A stretch of 64,000 nt of DNA from Oscillospiraceae bacterium (GTDB lineage Bacteria > Bacillota > Clostridia > Oscillospirales > CAG-272). Shown here in pieces: positions 18,029 through 24,631 of this stretch; the stretch's first letter is position 1; the number at the start of each line of letters is the position of its first letter. Both the position numbers and the translations under genes were made by a program. Below the pieces are notes generated by a model. That model saw nothing but the letters and a program-made list of their open reading frames with translations, ran no database searches and was not told the origin of the DNA. Where the stretch lies: the NCBI GenBank assembly GCA_015064445.1, contig SVSE01000002.1:224628-288627 (forward strand), in the 5' to 3' direction.

Positions 18029-18142
18029 CCATACCAAACGGCTCGGTGGTGTATGCGCTTGCACAAATTTTGGCGAGCTCGATATTTTCAAGCGTTTGTC
18101 CATTATAGGCGCTCGCCCCTGCACCAAGCATAAAGAGCGGAA
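18029..18142 (-). pseudogene. orphan duplicate of the last ~37 codons of the alkaline phosphatase gene
   Basis: By-eye alignment to 18446-18559 (offset 417 bp) gives 8 mismatches in 114 nt. The copy has no start codon or upstream coding sequence. Confidence 0.8.
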
Positions 18143-18154
18143 AATTCCGCTCTT

Positions 18155-18415
18155 TTATTTTTGACCTTCATTTATTATTTCCGTTTCTCTCTCCCAAAGC
18201 TCGCTAATCGACTTTTTATTTCCAAGCCAATAAACCCGCGTGCTTTCGTATATAGGTCCTCCATGTGTCATATATCGTTTCCATTTTACAACCTTATATG
18301 TGAGTGCAACATATTCAACCGTTCCACCGTCGTCATATTCGGCTTTGCGAAACGGCACAAACATAATCACAAGCACTAAAACAACAGACAAAGATATGTA
18401 GATGATTTTTTTCAT
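18155..18415 (-). CDS. small membrane-anchored hypothetical protein (86 aa)
   Basis: N-terminal TM segment MKKIIYISLSVVLVLVIMFVPF. RBS AGAGGGA lies before the ATG at 18415. Located between the two copies of the phosphatase 3' end. Confidence 0.55.
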   Translation of the reverse strand: MKKIIYISLSVVLVLVIMFVPFRKAEYDDGGTVEYVALTYKVVKWKRYMTHGGPIYESTRVYWLGNKKSISELWERETEIINEGQK

Positions 18416-18450
18416 TTTATCCCTCTTTCTTGTTTTTGTTGTTTGTTTTT

Positions 18451-19740
18451 TTATTCCATTCCAAATGGCTCGGTGGTGTATGCGCTTGCGCAAATTTTGG
18501 CGAGCTCGATATTTTCAAGTGTTTGTCCGTCATAGGCGCTCGCCCCTGCGCCAAGCATAAAGAACGGAACATCTTCATTTGTATGGTTATATGAGTGGAA
18601 CAAATAACCATATTCGTTGTATTTGGACGCGGTAAGCTTGCCTGTTTCGTGGTCGGCAGTTACAATAAGAAGTGTATCAGGATGACAAAGCGTAAACTGT
18701 GTAGCATAAGCAACAGCATCATTAAAGCGCTTTACCATTTCGACCGCACCCTCGTTATCCTTTTCGTGAGCGCGCTTATCGATATGTCCCTCCTCTATCA
18801 TAATGAAGAACTGTGAGGAGTCCTTGGATATCGTCGAAAGCGCCTTTCGCACCTCGCCTGTGAGATTATTATCGACACTTCCTGCCACATAATCAATTTT
18901 TCCACTTGCGCTAAGAGCGTCAATTTCAGCTTGAAGCTCCTCGGTATTTTCTCTTGAAATGTTGTGACACATATACGAGGACGGAGTTGCGCCCGTGATT
19001 TTATCAGTTGTTACAACAGCAGTTTTCGCTCCGAGTGAAAATGCAAGCTCTCGAACATTTTGAACAGGATTGCCATTTGCATCGAGCCCGACATAGCTAT
19101 TGAGTGTTTTATAGCCCGTTGCCATAGCTGTGCCAGAGGCTGCGCTATCGGTTGCGTCCGCTGTCTTGTCAATTACAGACTGAGAGCGAGTTATGCTCTT
19201 ACCTGTGGCGATAAACGACCTTGCAATGAATGTAGGCATTCCGTTTTTCTCTGCCATTTTTATGTGGTTTTCACCCATTCCGTCGCCTATCATAAAGATT
19301 ACGCTATCGTACTTTTCGGGGAACACAAAATTCTTTGGACTTTCCTCTGTTGGAAGATCGCTTATTTTGAGGTCATATTCATTTACAAGTGCGTGAGCGC
19401 CCGCACCAACATAAATTCCGTAGCCCTTGATTACAATTTTACTGTCCCTTGCGAAAAGGAGATATTGTCCGTTGGAAAGCTCTGATACAGTCTTGGATTC
19501 CTCGCGATTTGTATCGCCTATCAAAATTTCGAATTTCGCTTCCCTTGCAGAGTCCGTTACGATTTCAACACCATCGCCACGCTCCGAGAGCATAGAGGCG
19601 AGGTTTTCAGCCGCATATTTAGTGCTTAGATCGGCATTTTCGGGAATAACTATCTGAAAATCATCTATTTCCGCGTTGCCACAGCTAAATAGCACGAGTG
19701 CTAAGATTATTATGCTAAAAAATGTAAGCAGTCTTTTCAT
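18451..19740 (-). CDS. alkaline phosphatase (PhoA family) lipoprotein
   Basis: Lipobox LFSCGN. Metal and active-site motifs IGDGMG and TDSAASGTAMATG, plus ADHETG. The ATG at 19740 lies 6 nt after GGGGGG. Confidence 0.85.
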   Translation of the reverse strand: MKRLLTFFSIIILALVLFSCGNAEIDDFQIVIPENADLSTKYAAENLASMLSERGDGVEIVTDSAREAKFEILIGDTNREESKTVSELSNGQYLLFARDSKIVIKGYGIYVGAGAHALVNEYDLKISDLPTEESPKNFVFPEKYDSVIFMIGDGMGENHIKMAEKNGMPTFIARSFIATGKSITRSQSVIDKTADATDSAASGTAMATGYKTLNSYVGLDANGNPVQNVRELAFSLGAKTAVVTTDKITGATPSSYMCHNISRENTEELQAEIDALSASGKIDYVAGSVDNNLTGEVRKALSTISKDSSQFFIMIEEGHIDKRAHEKDNEGAVEMVKRFNDAVAYATQFTLCHPDTLLIVTADHETGKLTASKYNEYGYLFHSYNHTNEDVPFFMLGAGASAYDGQTLENIELAKICASAYTTEPFGME

Positions 19741-19761
19741 TGTCATCCCCCCTTGTTTTTT

Positions 19762-19790
19762 ATTGTACCACATAAAATGAACAAAATCAA
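19762..19790 (-). promoter_or_regulatory. putative promoter of the alkaline phosphatase gene
   Basis: On the minus strand: TTGATT, 17-bp spacer, TACAAT. Confidence 0.45.
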
Positions 19791-19791
19791 T

Positions 19792-19817
19792 AAAAAAGAG
19801 GCAAACGCCTCTTTTTT
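19792..19817 (-). terminator. intrinsic terminator after the TIGR01440-family gene
   Basis: Stem AGAGGC/GCCTCT with a 5-nt loop, flanked by A6 and T6. Confidence 0.7.
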
Positions 19818-20355
19818 ACATCATTTCCTTATCATAAATTGCTCTTTCGCCACCGATGAATTTAGGGCGAACACGGGCACAAATTATGCTTGCCTCTCCG
19901 ATTTTGTTAATCGAAAGGCGAACAGGCACAGCAACTCTTTTAAGATGCATACCGATAAGCGTGCCACCGATATCAATTCCTGCATCAGCCTTGATTTCCT
20001 CGACTACAACGGGATTTTTAAAGCTACCGTAAGCCACGGTTGCAAGCGAGCCACCTGCCTTCTTTTGTGGGATTACATTTACCAGATCAGCGCCCGGCAC
20101 TGCGTCTGCCTCGGTAACAATTGCACGGTTAAGATGCTCACAGCATTGAACTGCAAGATATATTCCCCTTGCCTTAAGCTCGCTATAAATTCCCTCAAAA
20201 ATCTGCTCAGCAGTATCAGGGTCAGAGTTTGTTCCTATTTTTGAGCCAACAACCTCACTTGTTGAGCAACCAACAACTAAAACGCTTCCCTTTTTAAGCT
20301 TGGCAACCTCACAAAGCTCCTTGACAGCCTGTGTGCATTGTTCTTTAACTGACAT
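19816..20355 (-). CDS. TIGR01440/UPF0340 (YwlG-like) family protein
   Basis: LVVGCSTSEVVGSKIG and the overall 179-aa sequence resemble the UPF0340 family. Confidence 0.65.
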   Translation of the reverse strand: MSVKEQCTQAVKELCEVAKLKKGSVLVVGCSTSEVVGSKIGTNSDPDTAEQIFEGIYSELKARGIYLAVQCCEHLNRAIVTEADAVPGADLVNVIPQKKAGGSLATVAYGSFKNPVVVEEIKADAGIDIGGTLIGMHLKRVAVPVRLSINKIGEASIICARVRPKFIGGERAIYDKEMM

Positions 20356-20511
20356 ATTTAAACCTCTTTTACGGATAAAATTTCGTTTTCACAAGGACAT
20401 TTTACCACTATAATAAAAAAATGTCAAGAATTTTGCGTTTGTTCACAATTTATTCACAATTATGGTATATAATGTATGTGTTAAAAAATTATGTATAAAC
20501 GAGGTTTTATT

Positions 20512-22161
20512 ATGGCAAAGCTTAATGAACTTAAGAAATCAATTGGTGTTAACGGTCCTGTCCTCACAATCGTTATGGACGGTGTCGGCATCGCTCCCGA
20601 TAGCGAGGGCAATGCAGTAAAGAACGCATACACTCCAACTCTTGATATGCTTATGGAAAAATATCCTTGGGTTAAGCTCAAGGCTCACGGAACTGCTGTT
20701 GGTCTTCCTGGCGACGACGATATGGGTAACTCCGAGGTTGGACACAACGCACTTGGCTCAGGTCAAGTATTCGCACAGGGTGCAAAGCTCGTTTCTCAAT
20801 CAATCGAGAACGGAAAAATGTTCGCATCCGACACATGGCAGACAATCGTTTCTAATGTAAAGGACAATAACGGTGTTCTTCACTTTATCGGTCTTTTCTC
20901 TGATGGTAATGTTCACTCTCATATCGACCACCTCAAGGCTATGATTGCACAGGCTAAAAAAGAGGGCGTTAAGTGCGTGAGAATTCACACTCTTATCGAC
21001 GGTCGTGATGTTGGAGAAACAAGTGCGCTTGACTATGTTGAGCCATTCGAGGAGTTCCTTGCATCACTTCGTGATGATTCCTTTGATATTATGATTGCCT
21101 CCGGTGGTGGAAGAATGGTAATCACAATGGATAGATACGAGGCTAACTGGAAGATGGTTGAGAATGGCTGGAGGACTCACGTTCTCGGCGAGGGCAGACA
21201 GTTCTGCTGTGCTAAGAAGGCTATCGAAACCTATCGTGAGGAATTCAAGGTTATCGACCAAGACCTACCTCCATTTGTAATCGCAAAGGACGGAAAGCCT
21301 GTTGGTACAATCAATGATGGCGACAGCGTTATCTTCTACAACTTCCGTGGTGACCGTTCAATTGAAATTTCAAAGGCGTTTGACGATGCAGACTTTGACA
21401 AGTTTGACAGAGTTCGCTTCCCTAAGGTTGTTTATGCAGGTATGCTTGAGTATGATGGCGATCTTCACATTCCTTCAAGATATCTTGTAAATCCACCAGA
21501 AATCACAAATACAATGGGAGAATATCTCTCTGATACAGGCGTTTCACAGCTCGCAATCTCCGAAACTCAAAAGTACGGACATGTAACCTATTTCTGGAAC
21601 GGAAATAAGAGTGGCAAATTTGACGATTCTCTTGAAACCTATATCGAAATCCCATCTGATGTTGTTCCCTTCGAGCAAAGACCTTGGATGAAGTGCGCTG
21701 AAATCACTGACAAGCTTATCGAGTGCCTTAGAAGTGGAGAGTACAAGTGCCTCCGTGTTAACTTCCCTAACGGAGATATGGTAGGACACACAGGTAATCT
21801 TCTCGCTACTCGTTGCTCAATGGAAGCGCTCGACCTCCAGCTTAAGAGACTCCTTGATGTTGTTGATGAGCTTAAGGGAGTTGCAGTAATTACAGCTGAC
21901 CACGGTAATGCTGATGAAATGTATGAGGTTGACAAGAAGGGCATGCCAAAGGCTGACAAGAACGGTAAGTTCAAGGCTAAAACAAGCCACACTCTCAATC
22001 CTGTTCCTTGCATTATCTACGACAACTTCTATGCAGATGCATATGAGGTTAAGGCTGACAATGGTCAGTTCGGTCTTTCCGATGTTGCAGCAACAGTTGT
22101 AAACCTTCTCGGTTATGAAGCTCCTGCTATGTGGGACGAATCTCTTATCGAGGTAAAATAA
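20512..22161 (+). CDS. gpmI: 2,3-bisphosphoglycerate-independent phosphoglycerate mutase (long form)
   Basis: GNSEVGHNALGSG, LFSDGNVHSH and ADHGNADEM motifs. The ATG at 20512 follows CGAGG. Confidence 0.85.
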   Translation: MAKLNELKKSIGVNGPVLTIVMDGVGIAPDSEGNAVKNAYTPTLDMLMEKYPWVKLKAHGTAVGLPGDDDMGNSEVGHNALGSGQVFAQGAKLVSQSIENGKMFASDTWQTIVSNVKDNNGVLHFIGLFSDGNVHSHIDHLKAMIAQAKKEGVKCVRIHTLIDGRDVGETSALDYVEPFEEFLASLRDDSFDIMIASGGGRMVITMDRYEANWKMVENGWRTHVLGEGRQFCCAKKAIETYREEFKVIDQDLPPFVIAKDGKPVGTINDGDSVIFYNFRGDRSIEISKAFDDADFDKFDRVRFPKVVYAGMLEYDGDLHIPSRYLVNPPEITNTMGEYLSDTGVSQLAISETQKYGHVTYFWNGNKSGKFDDSLETYIEIPSDVVPFEQRPWMKCAEITDKLIECLRSGEYKCLRVNFPNGDMVGHTGNLLATRCSMEALDLQLKRLLDVVDELKGVAVITADHGNADEMYEVDKKGMPKADKNGKFKAKTSHTLNPVPCIIYDNFYADAYEVKADNGQFGLSDVAATVVNLLGYEAPAMWDESLIEVK

Positions 22162-22171
22162 TCAAATAACG

Positions 22172-22201
22172 AACACACCAAAGCGCGCTTTGGTGTGTTT
22201 T
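22172..22201 (+). terminator. intrinsic terminator after gpmI
   Basis: Stem ACACACCAAAGC/GCTTTGGTGTGT followed by TTTT. Confidence 0.75.
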
Positions 22202-22221
22202 GATAACAGGTAGAGGCAATT

Positions 22222-22872
22222 ATGAAAATTTTCTATCAGGACAACGATATAATCGTTTGCGAAAAGGAATACGGTGTTTCCTCACAAAAAAGCGACGGTG
22301 CAAATATGCTCGATATGATAAGAGAGGTAACTGGCACTGAAGCATTCCCTGTCCATCGCCTTGACATTACAACAAGAGGCATTATGGTATATGCGCTAAA
22401 TCAAAAAAGTGCTGGCGAGCTATCAAAGCAAATTCAAGCTGGTACATTTAAAAAGAGCTATCTTGCAATAGTACACGGAGAGTGTGAGGACGCGGGCGAA
22501 ATGGTTGATTTACTGTATCACGACAGGCTCAAAAACAAATCGTTTGTTGTAAGCACAAAAAGACAGGGGTCAAAGGAGGCACGCCTCGAATACACGACTC
22601 TGCAAAGGGCAAAAATTGAGGGCGAGGAGCTTTCGCTTGTTCATATAAGACTCCATACTGGCAGAACTCATCAAATACGAGTTCAATTCTCATCTCGTGC
22701 TCATTCTCTTTACGGAGACGGAAAATACGGTGCGCACGACAACGCAAAAATCGCACTTTATTCACACTCCATCGAGCTTTTGCATCCAAAAACCAAAAAA
22801 TCAATGTACTTTGATGCCTTGCCAAGTGGCGATATATGGGACAAATTTGCCTCTATACCAAAGCCCTTGTGA
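22222..22872 (+). CDS. RluA-family pseudouridine synthase (no S4 domain)
   Basis: Catalytic HRLD motif and GRTHQIR motif. 216 aa. Confidence 0.8.
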   Translation: MKIFYQDNDIIVCEKEYGVSSQKSDGANMLDMIREVTGTEAFPVHRLDITTRGIMVYALNQKSAGELSKQIQAGTFKKSYLAIVHGECEDAGEMVDLLYHDRLKNKSFVVSTKRQGSKEARLEYTTLQRAKIEGEELSLVHIRLHTGRTHQIRVQFSSRAHSLYGDGKYGAHDNAKIALYSHSIELLHPKTKKSMYFDALPSGDIWDKFASIPKPL

Positions 22873-23794
22873 TAAGGTAAGAAAGCGCCATACAAATAGG
22901 AAATGTAAGAATTGCGACATACGCCATTTTGACAAGCGTTTTATAGCAAACGCTCTTACCGTCTAACAAGCCTGCTCCTGCAACGGAGCAGGCTTTTATA
23001 TTGCTCGTGCTTACAGGCATACCGAGCGACGAGCAGAAAATAAGGCACACGCTCGACGAGATTTCCGACACGAATGCGCTTTTTTGAGTCAAGTCTACTA
23101 TTCCCTGCCCCATCGTTTTTACAATTCTGCCTCCACCAAGCAGAGTTCCAAGAAACAGCGCCACTCCAACTGCGAGCGAGGAGGCAACAAGTGTCTGCCG
23201 AGTGTTCACAGGATAAAGAAAAAGAAGCAACGCTACAAGCTTTTGTCCGTCCTGCGCACCGTGCATAGCAGACGAGAGCGCGCACGAGGCAATTTGAAGC
23301 CCTCGCCACGGAAGATTTGCTTTTTTCAGTATTTTATATGTAATGCAGGAGAGCAAAAATGAAATGACGCAAGAAATTACCATATAGATTAAAATTTTAA
23401 AGGCAGGGGCGAGGCTTATCGTGCTTGAAAGCGCCATAGAAGCGCCAAAAAGCGATGCCAAAAGCGCGTGCGACTCGCTCGATGGCATTGAGAAAATCCA
23501 ACAAGCGACAGCGAAAATTATAGTTGTTAGAAGTATTACGATAATTCCGATTTCTCTTTTCTCTCCAAGGCTTGCACCTGCAAGGACACTCTCTGCCACA
23601 CTCATATTTGCATAGAGAGATATAAGCAATCCGAGCAGATTGCACACAGCGCTTAAAAGGCACGCCAAATTCATCGAAAGCGCTTTTGTTGCAACAGCAG
23701 TTGCAATTGAGTTAGGCGCGTCAGTAAAGCCATTTAAAAAGGTCACTCCAAGCGCGAGCAAAAGGGCGACTCCCGTAAGACTAAAAAGCTCCAT
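22853..23794 (-). CDS. inorganic phosphate transporter, PiT (PHO4) family
   Basis: NGFTDAPNSIATAV signature and a polytopic membrane protein of 313 aa. Its 3' end overlaps the convergent rluA-family gene by 20 nt. Confidence 0.75.
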   Translation of the reverse strand: MELFSLTGVALLLALGVTFLNGFTDAPNSIATAVATKALSMNLACLLSAVCNLLGLLISLYANMSVAESVLAGASLGEKREIGIIVILLTTIIFAVACWIFSMPSSESHALLASLFGASMALSSTISLAPAFKILIYMVISCVISFLLSCITYKILKKANLPWRGLQIASCALSSAMHGAQDGQKLVALLLFLYPVNTRQTLVASSLAVGVALFLGTLLGGGRIVKTMGQGIVDLTQKSAFVSEISSSVCLIFCSSLGMPVSTSNIKACSVAGAGLLDGKSVCYKTLVKMAYVAILTFPICMALSYLITRALV

Positions 23795-23849
23795 ATTTCC
23801 TCACAAAAATCCGTTCTATTTCATAAAATACTCGTAAGGGGGCGATTTT

Positions 23850-24437
23850 ATGATAGTTGAAAAGGAATACGAAAGAGAAAGAGCTGTGCTCTATGCAAGA
23901 AAATATGCCTTGGTGCGAAATCCTCTTTTCTTCTCGTTTGCAGGAATCGGAGGAAATTGCACAAATTTTGTTTCTCAATGCGTGCTTGCAGGAAGCTGTG
24001 TTATGAATTATACGCCAATTTACGGTTGGTATTATTTGTCAACAAACAGGCGTAGTGCCTCGTGGACGGGAGTCGAATTTTTCTATAATTTTATGATAGA
24101 AAACACAGGTGTTGGACCGTTTGCGATTGAAACGACGCTTGATGGCGCAGAGGTTGGCGACGTGATTCAGCTTCAAAACGATGACGGAATCTTTTATCAC
24201 ACAATAATCATCAGCGAAATAAGGGACGGAGAAATTTATATTTGCGCCAATTCAAACGATGCTCTTGACAAGCCCTTGTCGGAGTATAATTATGCCAATT
24301 TGAGAGTCCTTCACATACTCGGAGTGCGCTTTGACACGAGGTTTCAAATCGACTGCTTTGACTCTCTCTACACTCCACCGATTCCTCCAGTAGAAGAAAT
24401 GTCTCCAGAGAGTGAGCAGGGAGAAATCTCGCCTTAA
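23850..24437 (+). CDS. putative amidase-domain protein (Amidase_6-like)
   Basis: YARKYA...NP.F..F...GGNCTNFVSQCVLAG...WYY...SASWTGVEFFYNF, typical of the Firmicute putative amidase domain. Confidence 0.6.
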   Translation: MIVEKEYERERAVLYARKYALVRNPLFFSFAGIGGNCTNFVSQCVLAGSCVMNYTPIYGWYYLSTNRRSASWTGVEFFYNFMIENTGVGPFAIETTLDGAEVGDVIQLQNDDGIFYHTIIISEIRDGEIYICANSNDALDKPLSEYNYANLRVLHILGVRFDTRFQIDCFDSLYTPPIPPVEEMSPESEQGEISP

Positions 24438-24481
24438 AAACGCGCGTATGGGCAGTTTACCCAAAAAGGAGCGCCACATTA

Positions 24482-24496
24482 TGTGCAAGTTGCACA
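24482..24496. promoter_or_regulatory. perfect palindrome TGTGCAAGTTGCACA upstream of GH-like gene 1
   Basis: 7-1-7 perfect inverted repeat, centred about 58 bp upstream of the -35 start. Same half-sites as 4999-5015. Confidence 0.5.
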
Positions 24497-24546
24497 AATG
24501 CCATTTGAAATTTTTATTTACAACAGTGATTTTGTTTAAATTTGCC

Positions 24547-24575
24547 TTGACAAAGGTCTTACAATGGTGTATTAT
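24547..24575 (+). promoter_or_regulatory. putative sigma-A promoter of GH-like gene 1
   Basis: TTGACA (24547-24552), 17-bp spacer, TATTAT (24570-24575). The preceding GATTTTGTTTAAATTTGCC resembles 5035-5053. Confidence 0.55.
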
Positions 24576-24631
24576 ATATAATGTAATAAAAGCGAAATCA
24601 CGGCTTTAAAAATTTCCATATGGAGGACAAA

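Noticed and set aside
17768-18155. Near-identical hairpins AAAGAGCGG-AAATT-CCGCTCTTT (17768-17794) and AAAGAGCGG-AAAATT-CCGCTCTTT (18132-18155) as a possible CRISPR or REP-like repeat array.
   Set aside because: There are only two copies. Both sit at gene ends as terminator-type stem-loops, and there is no regular spacer architecture. They are treated as part of the 417-bp duplication story instead.
22853-22872. A 20-nt convergent overlap of the 3' ends of the rluA-family gene and the PiT gene, with no terminator between them.
   Set aside because: This is seen in the ORF coordinates, but it probably reflects compact gene packing. Nothing in the overlap (no hairpin, no motif) suggests regulation, and it cannot be evaluated further from sequence alone.
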